IMG/VR virus record: IMGVR_UViG_3300045988_100739
Location: 1-28,571 of that record
DNA: 28,571 nucleotides
Direction: 5' to 3' (one strand)
Source: a virus
Under the pieces are notes generated by a model that saw only the letters and a list, made by a program, of their open reading frames with translations, ran no database searches and was not told where the DNA came from. How positions within the stretch are numbered: the first letter of the stretch is position 1; each line of letters opens with the position of its first letter. The position numbers and the translations under genes were made by a program. Shown piece by piece: positions 14,428 to 23,493 of this stretch.

Positions 14428-14435
14428 GCTGCCTC

Positions 14436-15572
14436 CTACGTGTACGACTTGCCGACGTTCTTGTTGAGGCGCTGCATACGGGTTGGCGAGGCCGCCCCGA
14501 TGGTCACGCCGATCGATACGTCGGAGCCACTGTAGCTCTCGTTTACCTCGGTGATGACCTCGGTCCCAGTATAGCCGAGCACGTCGTACGCAACACGGTC
14601 GCCCAGATCCCACTTGGTCCTATAGTCCTCCGCGCTGACGTCGATGCTCATCGTCGGCGTCGAGTTGTAGTTGTACGAGCGCAGGGCCGCCGCCGCGTCG
14701 CAGGCTTCCTGCGTCGTCTCGTTGCCCATGAGGTCGCTGACGTCCTCGTTCCACTCGAAGGCGTAGGTCGTCTTCCATTTGTGGCCCGCGCACTTCGCAC
14801 TGCTCTCGCGTTTGGCCTCAGCGTTGAAACCCTTCAGCAATGACGCCTGAGTGCTCGTGTCGTGCTCGAAGTCCGCCGACAGCACGTTGCCGTTCGCCTC
14901 GGAGAACACGTAGCCCGTGTTGTCGTAGATGGCCTGCGTCTGTGGCATGAGCTGGTACAGTCCGTTCTCGGCCTTGAAGAGTGGCGCGCGAAACAGCCGG
15001 TCGTTCTTCTTGCACAGGTCGTAGATCGCATCCTCCATGACCGTCGGGGAGCCGAACGTGTACCGCGTGCGCCCTCCCCAGTTCTCGTACTCGAGCATTG
15101 TCTTCGTATATCTCGGGAGGCCCGTCATGTACTTGTCGCCCGTGCTGTTCAGCATGGAGCTGAGCACCTTCGTGCCGCTTGGCTGGTCGATATACCATCC
15201 GCCGTAGCTTGAGCCGGTGCCGCGAGTCGTGTTGGTGAAGCCCCAGATGCCCTCGCCGAACACGCCCGAAAGCTCCGTGTACTCGCCGTCGCTTCCCTTG
15301 TGCGTCTTTATCTTGAACACGACACCGATTTCGGGAGGCACGTGAGTGGTCGGAGCCGTCGCGATGCGGTCGGCTATCTCCACGAGGAGCTTGGTAGGCC
15401 ACAACTGTTCGACCAAGCCGGTCGGTATGCGCACCCTGAACGAGCCTGAATCGAACGCCTTACGCTTCCACTCGACGTAGAGGGCGTTGACTGCGACGAA
15501 CCTGGGCGAGATGTCCGTCGCCACCGGCGCGTTGTTGTCCGGTCCCGTCTCCTGATAGATGTTTATCAGCAT
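14436..15572 (-). CDS. Tail tip/Tal-like minor tail protein, about 379 aa.
   Basis: Position after the TMP and the Dit-like pair. No specific motif recognised. Likely ATG at 15572. Confidence 0.35.
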   Translation of the reverse strand: MLINIYQETGPDNNAPVATDISPRFVAVNALYVEWKRKAFDSGSFRVRIPTGLVEQLWPTKLLVEIADRIATAPTTHVPPEIGVVFKIKTHKGSDGEYTELSGVFGEGIWGFTNTTRGTGSSYGGWYIDQPSGTKVLSSMLNSTGDKYMTGLPRYTKTMLEYENWGGRTRYTFGSPTVMEDAIYDLCKKNDRLFRAPLFKAENGLYQLMPQTQAIYDNTGYVFSEANGNVLSADFEHDTSTQASLLKGFNAEAKRESSAKCAGHKWKTTYAFEWNEDVSDLMGNETTQEACDAAAALRSYNYNSTPTMSIDVSAEDYRTKWDLGDRVAYDVLGYTGTEVITEVNESYSGSDVSIGVTIGAASPTRMQRLNKNVGKSYT

Positions 15573-16015
15573 GATATGCCGAACCTTCTCTCCTTGACGC
15601 GCATGTACAGGGTCAGCGGCCCGGATGTGAATACGCTCCATTGCCCGGGTTCCAGATGGTCGGCCGAGAACATGGACAGCTCGATGTCCTGCGGGCGCTC
15701 CCCCCCCTTCAGGAAGTTGAGGTCGAAGTTCGCCTCGTTGAACACATCATCGGGTGCCACGCCGAACGCGAAGTACCTGCCGAACTGCCCCCATGCGAAA
15801 CTCCCCGGAGCCATGTGGCGGAGGTCGGCCAGGTTGATCCCGTAGTTGACCGCGATTGCCGGAAGGTACGAACCGTCCTTCACGAGCTGCACGCTGCCGA
15901 TGACCGCCCCCTGCTGCTGCGATACGACGATCTCGTCCCCGGTGTTCACCGCCACGAAGTCGAACGTAGCCGCCGCAGTCCCGCCCACCTCGAACGTGGC
16001 GGAACCGGACGGCAC
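15566..16015 (-). CDS. C-terminal half of a Dit-like distal tail protein (second ORF of a pair split at an A7 slippery site).
   Basis: Only a GTG is available as a start and there is no proper RBS. It lies in the -1 frame relative to the upstream ORF, and the junction sits on A_AAA_AAA. Confidence 0.45.
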   Translation of the reverse strand: MPSGSATFEVGGTAAATFDFVAVNTGDEIVVSQQQGAVIGSVQLVKDGSYLPAIAVNYGINLADLRHMAPGSFAWGQFGRYFAFGVAPDDVFNEANFDLNFLKGGERPQDIELSMFSADHLEPGQWSVFTSGPLTLYMRVKERRFGISC

Positions 16016-16467
16016 TACGATTTTTTTGCCTCCACCGCCTCGAAGGAGGGGTCGGGGAACGCGAACTCTGCGGTATACACCGGCTCGCTCGTCAGCTTCT
16101 TACGTTCGACCTTGAAGTTCTTCAGCCAGCAGTACTGCCACATCTGCTGACCGAACGCCACCACCGTGCATTTGAGCCTGCCGGCGGCGAGAACCTTCGC
16201 GACGTCACCCGGCTCGCGCTTGACCGGCTCGAACGTGATGGTGCGCGTCTTCATGGGCTTGCGCCGACCGATGTAGTACGAGCCGTCAGAGAACGCATAG
16301 TCCTGCGTGATAAGGTTGTAGTTCTCGCTCATAAAGTCGTCGAGTCCACCGGCCTGAAGGACGTAGCCAGCATCGTCGGCGACCTCGCCCAACGCCTTGA
16401 GGCCGCATATCTGCACGACGCCCCCGTCCGCGTTCTCGAACCTCAGCCCCATATCGTTAAACGCCAT
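16015..16467 (-). CDS. N-terminal half of a Dit-like distal tail protein, 150 aa, ending ...EAVEAKKS.
   Basis: Immediately downstream of the TMP. Its last codons are GCA AAA AAA TCG TAG, carrying an A7 tract at 16021-16027. Confidence 0.5.
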   Translation of the reverse strand: MAFNDMGLRFENADGGVVQICGLKALGEVADDAGYVLQAGGLDDFMSENYNLITQDYAFSDGSYYIGRRKPMKTRTITFEPVKREPGDVAKVLAAGRLKCTVVAFGQQMWQYCWLKNFKVERKKLTSEPVYTAEFAFPDPSFEAVEAKKS

Positions 16468-18550
16468 AGTCTGCCCCCACTCCGAAGGTGTTGTACTCGT
16501 GAACCGTCCTAGCCATGTCCGCAGGGTTGGCTACCGGCTGGTTGAAGTTGATGGTCTGGTTGACGGTCTGACCGCCACCGGCCCCCTGCTGGCTGACGAA
16601 CTGCGGCTGGAAGCTCCTCACGACGTTCGGGGAGAACGACGTCGAAAGCTCGCCGCCGTAGCCCTTGAGGTCGTCGTTGAAGTCTCCGATGCTCTTTTTA
16701 GTGTCCTCGAATCCATCGACGAGCCTCATGTTGAAGCCCTTCATGATGAGCGTACCGGCGGGCTGCAGGAGCTTCAGGTCGTAGCTGAGCGGTCCCTTGT
16801 GGCGCGCGATCCATCCCGCGATACTGCCGACGAACGACGTGACCCTGTTCCAGAAGGAGACGAGGCCGTTGTACAGGCCGATCATGATGTTTCGGCCTGC
16901 GTTGTACAGCAGTCTGCCGCCGTTTCCGATGGCCCTGACGATCTTGCCGGGAATATTCCCGACGAACGACGTGATGCCGCCCTCCTTGGATGCGATGCCG
17001 CTGAGGAACTTGCCGAACGCCTCCGCGCCCGATGCGAGCAGCGACGGGCCGAGCGTGACCAGCTTGCCGAGGATGTCGCCGACGAGTCCGGCCACGCTCA
17101 GGAGAATCTGCGGCAGCGCCTGACCGATTGCTCCGACGAGCTGTAGGAACAGCTCCGCGCCGCGCGACAGCATCTCCGGGCCGTGGTCGATGATGTACTG
17201 GAGCAGCTGCGCGATTCCCTGGCCGAGTGCCGTGAGAATCTGCGGCAGCGCCTGAATCAATCCGGTGACCATGTTCACGAAGAACGTAAGCGCCGTGTTG
17301 AGCAGCTGCGGGCCGTACATGATTATCAGGTTGAAGATGCCGGTGATGATGGTCGGCAGGTTCTGGATGATCATCATACCGAGCTGCCCCAACGCATCGA
17401 GCAGGAACGTGGCGAGGTTTACTATCATCCCGACGATTGCCGGCCCCTGCTCCGTGAGGAACGTGCCGACCGACTGGAAGAACGTCGGCAGGTTCGTCGA
17501 GATCGACTGCAGGACGGACTCGAACAGCTGCGGGATCGACATTCCCGTAGTCTCCTTGATCTTGTCGAAGACCTGCGGGATGGCCTGCTGGATAGCCTGA
17601 CCCACCTTCCCCATGAGGGATGGCAGCGTCGTTACTACCGTAGCCACGATCTGCGCGATTCTCGGCATGACGTTCTCGCCCACCGCCGTGACCGCCGTGA
17701 GCAGGTTCTCCGTGAGAGCGCCCATGTCTTGGTCTGGGTCGGCGAGGCCCTCGAGCCAGTTCTTCCAAGCGGCCTTGGTGGCGTTTACGGAACCCTCGAC
17801 GGTCTTCAGGGCCTCGTTCATCGATGTGCCCGCGATGCCCATATGGTTCTGCATGACGTCGATGGCGTTCACGATGTTGTCGAAGCTCATGCTGTTCGCA
17901 TCGACCGTGATGCCGAGGTCTTTCTGGATGTCCGTCATTGAGGCGGCGTCCTTGATTAGGCGCTGCATCTCCTGTTGGGTGCCGCCGTATCCGAGCCTCA
18001 GGTTGTCCAGCATCGTGTAGTTCTGCTTCGCGAAGCCCTGGTAGGCGTTCTGGATGTCCGTGATGTTCGTGCCGAACGTGTTGGCGTTGTCGGACATGTC
18101 CATGATGGCGCGGTTTGCGTATCCCGCGGCCTTCTGCGTGTCTCCTCCGAGCGAGCCGATGAGCGATGCCGAGAACGACGTGACCTGCTCCATGTACTCG
18201 TTGGACGATATCTGCGCGGTCCGCCATGCGTTCGCCGCACATCCCTGCACCGTCTGCCACGAGTCTCCGAACAGCTTCTGGATGCCGCCGATGTTCTGCT
18301 GGTAGCTCGAGAACTCCTCCAGCGCGCCCTTTGCGATTATGCCCGTGGCTGTCGTGCCCGCAGTCCCGATGGCGGCGAGCGCCTTGGTCGATGCCGAGAC
18401 GATGCCGGAAGCGAAGCCGCCGACCGCGCCTTTAGCCCTCTTCATGGTGGACTCGGCAGAACCAGCCGCCGACTGCGCCGCCTTCGTCGCCTGATTTACG
18501 GCCTTGTCGCCGTTGACCTCTAGGTCTACCTCGATAGTGCCGTCAGCCAT
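16457..18550 (-). CDS. Tail tape measure protein, 697 aa.
   Basis: Large Gly/Ala/Leu-rich protein with repeated amphipathic/hydrophobic segments. AAGGAGGTG RBS. Follows the G/T chaperone pair. Confidence 0.8.
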   Translation of the reverse strand: MADGTIEVDLEVNGDKAVNQATKAAQSAAGSAESTMKRAKGAVGGFASGIVSASTKALAAIGTAGTTATGIIAKGALEEFSSYQQNIGGIQKLFGDSWQTVQGCAANAWRTAQISSNEYMEQVTSFSASLIGSLGGDTQKAAGYANRAIMDMSDNANTFGTNITDIQNAYQGFAKQNYTMLDNLRLGYGGTQQEMQRLIKDAASMTDIQKDLGITVDANSMSFDNIVNAIDVMQNHMGIAGTSMNEALKTVEGSVNATKAAWKNWLEGLADPDQDMGALTENLLTAVTAVGENVMPRIAQIVATVVTTLPSLMGKVGQAIQQAIPQVFDKIKETTGMSIPQLFESVLQSISTNLPTFFQSVGTFLTEQGPAIVGMIVNLATFLLDALGQLGMMIIQNLPTIITGIFNLIIMYGPQLLNTALTFFVNMVTGLIQALPQILTALGQGIAQLLQYIIDHGPEMLSRGAELFLQLVGAIGQALPQILLSVAGLVGDILGKLVTLGPSLLASGAEAFGKFLSGIASKEGGITSFVGNIPGKIVRAIGNGGRLLYNAGRNIMIGLYNGLVSFWNRVTSFVGSIAGWIARHKGPLSYDLKLLQPAGTLIMKGFNMRLVDGFEDTKKSIGDFNDDLKGYGGELSTSFSPNVVRSFQPQFVSQQGAGGGQTVNQTINFNQPVANPADMARTVHEYNTFGVGADYGV

Positions 18551-18563
18551 TCAGTCACCTCCT

Positions 18564-19118
18564 TTACAGGTGGAGACGACCGAACGCCTCCTTCTGGACT
18601 TCGATTGCCCTCGCGTCCTCCGGCGTCCTGAGTGCCGGCAGCGCGTAGGCCCTTTTCATTTTAGACCAGTGCTGATGCTCGGCGTCCTTCTCCCGGCTTG
18701 GCTTGGTGTAGCCACGGTACTGCATGACCTTGCCAAGCGCCGTTCCGTCGGGAAGGTTGTCCAACAAGGCCCTGAACCGCCACCAGTGCATGTGGCAGTC
18801 GGTGAGGTCGATGCCGTAGCACTGCTGGAAAGCGGCCACGATGCGGCCTCCGTCCTCGATGTAGTCGAATACCCTCGGGCCGTTCGATGATAGGCCGTGC
18901 GGCGTCTCCGTCTTGCAGGCCGCGAACTCCGCCGCCGCCTCGACCCACCCATCATCGTCAGGCACGTCGCCGGTGAAGATGTATGACCCGGCCTTGCGCG
19001 CGGTCTGCGCGTCTACCGCCCATCGGATCCATACGCGGAAGTCAGTGTCTATGGGAAAGAAAAGCCCGCCGACCTCTAGGCCAACGGGCAGTCCCTCGTC
19101 TCTGAGGTCAATCATCAT
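18564..19118 (-). CDS. Tail assembly chaperone, T-like (Phage_Gp15 family).
   Basis: MMIDL...PVGLEVGGLFFPIDTDFRVWIRW matches the Gp15 N-terminal motif. Its ATG overlaps the stop of the upstream G-like gene (ATGA), in the -1 frame. Confidence 0.55.
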   Translation of the reverse strand: MMIDLRDEGLPVGLEVGGLFFPIDTDFRVWIRWAVDAQTARKAGSYIFTGDVPDDDGWVEAAAEFAACKTETPHGLSSNGPRVFDYIEDGGRIVAAFQQCYGIDLTDCHMHWWRFRALLDNLPDGTALGKVMQYRGYTKPSREKDAEHQHWSKMKRAYALPALRTPEDARAIEVQKEAFGRLHL

Positions 19119-19471
19119 TTCGCCTTGCCGCCCAGATCGACGACCTTGCCGATTTTGTCGATTGGAACCTTGTTCAGCGTGCGGGCGGTGCTGTTAATCT
19201 GGTCGTCGAAGATTACGGCCTGATACGCTCTGGTCGCGCGGCTGAAGCACAGCGCGAGCGCGGTCACGTCGCAGTCGTCGTAACCTGTGCAGTCGAAGGC
19301 CTTGTGGGCCGAGTCCTCGCCCATGAGCTTCACCATCATGTCGTACTGATTGCGGAACACCTCATCGGGCGCCTCGCCCTGAGCCACCGCGTCAATCTCG
19401 GCACTGAGCGCCGGTGTGAGCTTCGGCAGCGTGTGGACTACGTTCAAGTTGTCGGTGAATGTGATTTTCAT
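19115..19471 (-). CDS. Tail assembly chaperone, G-like, 118 aa.
   Basis: Position between the major tail and the Gp15-like/TMP genes. Confidence 0.45.
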   Translation of the reverse strand: MKITFTDNLNVVHTLPKLTPALSAEIDAVAQGEAPDEVFRNQYDMMVKLMGEDSAHKAFDCTGYDDCDVTALALCFSRATRAYQAVIFDDQINSTARTLNKVPIDKIGKVVDLGGKAK

Positions 19472-19491
19472 TTTCGGCCCTTTCTCTCGAT

Positions 19492-19529
19492 AAAGGAAAA
19501 GCGGGGCAAGGCTTCAACCCTCACCCCGC
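19492..19529 (-). terminator. Intrinsic terminator downstream of the major tail gene.
   Basis: Minus strand GCGGGGTGAGGGTTGAAGCCTTGCCCCGC (two G-U wobbles) followed by TTTTCCTTT. Confidence 0.5.
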
Positions 19530-19614
19530 ACGGCTCTATTTTACCGCCTTCGCGCCCTTCTTCACCGGAGAATCTTCCGCTTGAGCGGATGCGTCAGCCT
19601 GAGCCGAAGCTGCA

Positions 19615-20124
19615 CTAGCTAGTTTTTTTTGTCACCTTGATGGCATTGGTGCCTAGGCCGGTCACGCTGACGTCAACCGGGTCGCCGTTGAAGTCGAGGT
19701 GGAAGGAAAGCGTGCCGTCCACCGTGTTCAGCGTGTCGATGGTGATGAGCGTCTCGACCCAGACCTGACCCTCGGTCGTCCCGGTACCGGATGCGGGGAC
19801 CTCTGCGACGAGGCACGGGAAGGTGGTCTCTCCGCCGACTGGCATCCTGTGGCGCAGGTCGTTGATGAACTTGTACATCGGGTTGTCCTCGTAGAGGGCG
19901 ATCTCCTGATCCATTCCGGGCTGATAGCCGGTGTGGACGGTGAAATCGTTCTTGTAGCAGATGTAGGACGCAGTGTCGGTCTGCGCGTTGTACTCCATCT
20001 CGAATGTGGTCGAAAGGTCGATGGGGACCCACTTCGCGCCGGTGTCTGTACCGGTGCCCGTCCACGCTCCCGCCGTGTCGATGAGCGGGACGATGAGATT
20101 ACGTGTGATCTTGTTCACTGGCAT
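19615..20124 (-). CDS. Major tail protein, 169 aa.
   Basis: Position (after five small head-tail genes, before G/T/TMP) and size. GAGAGAGG RBS. The gene ends with an A8 tract (19623-19630). Confidence 0.55.
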   Translation of the reverse strand: MPVNKITRNLIVPLIDTAGAWTGTGTDTGAKWVPIDLSTTFEMEYNAQTDTASYICYKNDFTVHTGYQPGMDQEIALYEDNPMYKFINDLRHRMPVGGETTFPCLVAEVPASGTGTTEGQVWVETLITIDTLNTVDGTLSFHLDFNGDPVDVSVTGLGTNAIKVTKKTS

Positions 20125-20127
20125 TGT

Positions 20128-20547
20128 CTAACCTCTCTCTAGGTACCTAATCGAAGCCGCAACCGAGTAGCGCGCCGTGCCTTGGTCGACCTGCACGAGC
20201 TCTGACATGTTCTGTTGAGGCTCTATAGCCATAATTGTACAGTCTCCGCCGAAGTCCGGGACGTTGTGCGGGTACTGCTCGCTGACCCATTCGAGCCAGC
20301 CGTTCACCGCGTCCAAGGCCTCGTCGTTGATGTCGTCTCCATCGTCGCTCCACGGTAGGACATACTGCAATGAGAATAGCAGATCGCGCACCTCGGAGCC
20401 GTCGATGTACGTAACGACCGACTTATCCTGCGTGTTGAAGAAGATGGCCGAGTCGCCCATGTCGTTCACGATGGCGTTGGTCTTCAGCCCCTTGATTGCC
20501 GGGCACGTGAGCGCCCAAGCCTTGACCTCTTTGGCCTTCGTCCTCAT
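20128..20547 (-). CDS. Tail terminator / tail-tube-associated small protein, 139 aa.
   Basis: Position immediately upstream of the major tail gene. Confidence 0.3.
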   Translation of the reverse strand: MRTKAKEVKAWALTCPAIKGLKTNAIVNDMGDSAIFFNTQDKSVVTYIDGSEVRDLLFSLQYVLPWSDDGDDINDEALDAVNGWLEWVSEQYPHNVPDFGGDCTIMAIEPQQNMSELVQVDQGTARYSVAASIRYLERG

Positions 20548-20858
20548 CGTAACGCCGCCTTCCCCGCCGCCGCGATCTGCGCGATGTGTCGCTTAATGCC
20601 CTCGTCCCAGTGCGCCATCGTGCCCGGTGTCACGAAATGCAGCCCCTTGCCGTAGAACACCCTCCGCGCATACGGCAGCGGCCCCCAGGTGACCTTGAAC
20701 GGCGTGGCCTTGCCAGTCCCTCGCAGGTCACCGGTCTTCATCGGCACGTACTGATGGGCCACCGCCAAAGCCTTGGTAGCCATGGCCTGACCCATCGCCC
20801 GGTTGTGCGATATTGAGCTCACCTTGCCCGGAACCCCGCTCAAATTGACCTTCGTCAT
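20544..20858 (-). CDS. HK97 gp10-like tail completion/head-tail joining protein, 104 aa.
   Basis: ATKALAVAHQYVPMKTGDLRGTGKATPF...YARRVFYG fits the HK97 gp10 family pattern (...aP.dTG.Lr.S...Ya.yvE.G). Confidence 0.45.
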   Translation of the reverse strand: MTKVNLSGVPGKVSSISHNRAMGQAMATKALAVAHQYVPMKTGDLRGTGKATPFKVTWGPLPYARRVFYGKGLHFVTPGTMAHWDEGIKRHIAQIAAAGKAALR

Positions 20859-21202
20859 GATGTCACCTCAACCACGGAGCCGTAGGGATGCAACGCAGCC
20901 CCGAACCCGTCGCGCCTGTCCTTCACGCTCTTAATCTCGAAGGCGCGCCCCTCGTTCTGCGCCATGAGCAGCGCCTTCTTGGTAGGCGGGATTATCCCGT
21001 CTGAGATGAAGTCGCCCACGCTCGGGACGGTGTTCATATACTGCTCCGCTATCTGGCAGCGCCAAGTCTGGACTTTAGACACGGCAGGCCCCTCGCCCTT
21101 CGAGCCGTCACGGACGAGCACAGCCCGCTCGATGGTCTCGGGCCTGAATCCGTTGGCTTTGACGTACAGATAGACCTTGTGCTCGAATGGAACCGTCACC
21201 AT
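20855..21202 (-). CDS. Head-tail adaptor / head closure protein, 115 aa.
   Basis: Position and size only. Confidence 0.3.
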   Translation of the reverse strand: MVTVPFEHKVYLYVKANGFRPETIERAVLVRDGSKGEGPAVSKVQTWRCQIAEQYMNTVPSVGDFISDGIIPPTKKALLMAQNEGRAFEIKSVKDRRDGFGAALHPYGSVVEVTS

Positions 21203-21585
21203 GTGCCACCGACCCTAGATATTAGGTCGATGGGCAGGAAGGCGCGGATGTCGTCCATCGCCCGGGTCTCGGCCACGGTATAGGACCCGGCCGCGCCGTC
21301 CCTGAAGCTCATCGACGTTATGCCGTTGTTGAAGCTCGCCAACCCGCCGTTGTCGGACTGCTGGTTCTTGGCCTTCTCGATAGCCGGCTGTCGCTCCACT
21401 AGGAGCATCTGGGCGTCCTCGATGGCAGCACCGAACATGTCTTCCAGAAAGTGCCATTCCGGTAGTTGACGCCGGTGGCACGTAACCTCATCGAACAGGG
21501 GCATGACTGAGCCGAGCGCGCTCTGGAACTGCGTCTCAGTCAATGTGCCGCCTCGATTGAGGTATCCAGTGTAATCGAGCATCAT
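21196..21585 (-). CDS. Head-tail connector (gp6-like), 129 aa.
   Basis: Position and size only. Confidence 0.3.
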   Translation of the reverse strand: MMLDYTGYLNRGGTLTETQFQSALGSVMPLFDEVTCHRRQLPEWHFLEDMFGAAIEDAQMLLVERQPAIEKAKNQQSDNGGLASFNNGITSMSFRDGAAGSYTVAETRAMDDIRAFLPIDLISRVGGTW

Positions 21586-21905
21586 TCCTCCAACGTGCCG
21601 ATGCCGGAAGTCTCATCGCCGGTTCCGACCTCATGCCAGATCGTCCGGTCGATGTCGGGCGCGTTGCCCTGTTCGGCTGTCGTGTCGCGCATTGAGCGGT
21701 AGAGCTTGCCGATGTGGTTCACGCAGTCGCCGCAGAGGTACGACTCGCCGACTGTCCAGTCCTTATAGTATGCCGCCACGGAAAGCGCCTGCTCATCCGG
21801 TAGCAGTGCGGTCTGGATGAGCGTCTGCAAGGCCGTGGTCTTGGCTGCGGCCTGCGCGTCCTCCATCTGCCGCGTGAGGATGTCCACGTTATGTTCTAAC
21901 TTCAT
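21582..21905 (-). CDS. Small structural/neck protein, about 107 aa.
   Basis: Likely ATG 21905 with GGAGGA RBS. Confidence 0.3.
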   Translation of the reverse strand: MKLEHNVDILTRQMEDAQAAAKTTALQTLIQTALLPDEQALSVAAYYKDWTVGESYLCGDCVNHIGKLYRSMRDTTAEQGNAPDIDRTIWHEVGTGDETSGIGTLEE

Positions 21906-21993
21906 TGCGTCCTCCAAAGGCTCGAGTAGTACGCCCCCATTTTATGCGCTTGGATAGTCGGAGGGGCACGAGGCCCCTCCTAGATTAGCGAGA

Positions 21994-23493
21994 TTACGCG
22001 ATTGACAGGACGGGAAGGCAGGAATAGCTTCTCGCCGCGGTGACGCTGGTGACGGTGCCACTGTCATTGACTGTGCCATCGTTGGACGAGTACGCGAGGG
22101 CACGATTAGCAGAACGCATAAGCACGTAGCGAGCGACTTTGTTCGGGTCTCGTGCGATGAGCCATGCGCACGTCTGCCAGCCTGCAATGACGTCGGGATG
22201 GTTGTTCGCAGCAGCTACGGCCTTCCAGTAATCGAACACCACGCCCTCGGCCTTGAAGCCCTCGGTGCTCTGACTTAGGTAGCTGTTGAAGTAGTGCTCG
22301 ATGGAGCTCGGCAGGCGCACCATGTCCACCGTCTCGACGGGTGCAGCCCCGTCGGTCTGATGAGGCTCGGTCTTCACCTTCACCGATGCCAAGCCGTCGC
22401 GTAGGCTCTGCTCCAGTCCCGCCAAGAAACCGGGCTTGCCAGCCATGGGATGCTTGCGGGTGAATCGCGTGCGTCGAGAGTCCCAATCGGTCGAGTCGGA
22501 GTTGAGCCACGCACGCATCGCGGAGTCCTTCCAGAAGCTGGAACCCTCGCAACTTCGCGCCCAAGTGTTGAAGTCACCAGTTGCGAGCTCCGAGATTGTA
22601 CCGAGCGACGTGCCGGTGCTACCCGCTGCGACCGTGACGGTCTGGAGCAACGCGCCGTCGTACGGTGCGTAAATCTGAATCTGCGTGATGCCCGAGGAAT
22701 ATCCAGCGTCCCACAGCCACTGGGAATCTGCCGGAACGTCCTCGGCGAGCGTGAACGTGTACGGGAGCTGGCCGACGGTACTGAAGGCACCCGTTCCCCA
22801 TGTAGAGCTCACCGAGACCGTGAACGTGTACTGGCCCGCACTCATCAACTCGGGATTGTTGTAGAAGGCCTGCTTTAGCTCGAACGGGAACGAGATGGGC
22901 AGCGCGTCGATGAACTGCAAGTCCATGCAATTACCCGTGCGACCGTCCCCAAGCTCCTTGAGCGGGTGCGCGTCGTCCGCGCCCGTGTAATGGTGGGCCA
23001 CCGCCATGCGCATGGGATAGGTGGTTCCATTCCATGTCCAACCGGCTGTGATGAGGTCGCCTGGATAGAGAACCTTCGGCGCGTCTCCAGTTCTCACCAA
23101 CGCGCGCAACTGGGTGCCGGAGAGACCCGTGGCTGCAAGCTCGACGGCCTTTGCCGCCGCGTTCGCGGCATCCGCCGCGTCGTTGGCGTTCTTGGTTGCC
23201 TTGTCGGCTCGTTCCGCTGCCTCGGTCGCCGGGCGCTGAAGCTCCGCGATCTGGTCTTGCGTGAAGTCGTCATAGGTGAACGGGTCGCCCTTCATGCCAT
23301 GCTCACCCTTGGCGGCGAGCACTTCCCAGCCTTGGAGCGTGGCCGGCTCCGTGGTTGTGCCGTCCTGCACGCACATGTACGAAGAACCGTTCAACGTCAC
23401 CACGTCGAGGTTGTCGTAGGTTCCGGGAACCCAAGCCCCCTTGTTGTCGATTCGCACTCGTCCGAGATTCTGTTTAATTGTCGGCAATTTCAA
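21994..23493 (-). CDS. Large structural protein (499 aa) with an N-terminal CBM5/12-like carbohydrate-binding motif. Candidate receptor-binding, head-fibre or glycan-binding protein.
   Basis: AWVPGTYDNLDVVTLNGSSYMCVQDGTTTEP fits the W..G..Y..GD.V.YNG..Y.C pattern of CBM5/12. TTG start with GAGGA RBS. It is oddly placed between the capsid and head-tail genes. Confidence 0.4.
   Translation of the reverse strand: MKLPTIKQNLGRVRIDNKGAWVPGTYDNLDVVTLNGSSYMCVQDGTTTEPATLQGWEVLAAKGEHGMKGDPFTYDDFTQDQIAELQRPATEAAERADKATKNANDAADAANAAAKAVELAATGLSGTQLRALVRTGDAPKVLYPGDLITAGWTWNGTTYPMRMAVAHHYTGADDAHPLKELGDGRTGNCMDLQFIDALPISFPFELKQAFYNNPELMSAGQYTFTVSVSSTWGTGAFSTVGQLPYTFTLAEDVPADSQWLWDAGYSSGITQIQIYAPYDGALLQTVTVAAGSTGTSLGTISELATGDFNTWARSCEGSSFWKDSAMRAWLNSDSTDWDSRRTRFTRKHPMAGKPGFLAGLEQSLRDGLASVKVKTEPHQTDGAAPVETVDMVRLPSSIEHYFNSYLSQSTEGFKAEGVVFDYWKAVAAANNHPDVIAGWQTCAWLIARDPNKVARYVLMRSANRALAYSSNDGTVNDSGTVTSVTAARSYSCLPVLSIA

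Noticed and set aside
16698-18260. 520-aa minus-strand ORF in an alternative frame inside the tape measure gene.
   Set aside because: Extreme Arg/His/Pro/Gly composition. It overlaps the real TMP frame entirely. GC-rich frame artefact.
21931-21975. GC hairpin GGAGGGGCacgaGGCCCCTCC upstream of the 499-aa gene, as a possible terminator.
   Set aside because: No T-run on either strand, so it is probably not an intrinsic terminator. It may be a simple stabilising stem.
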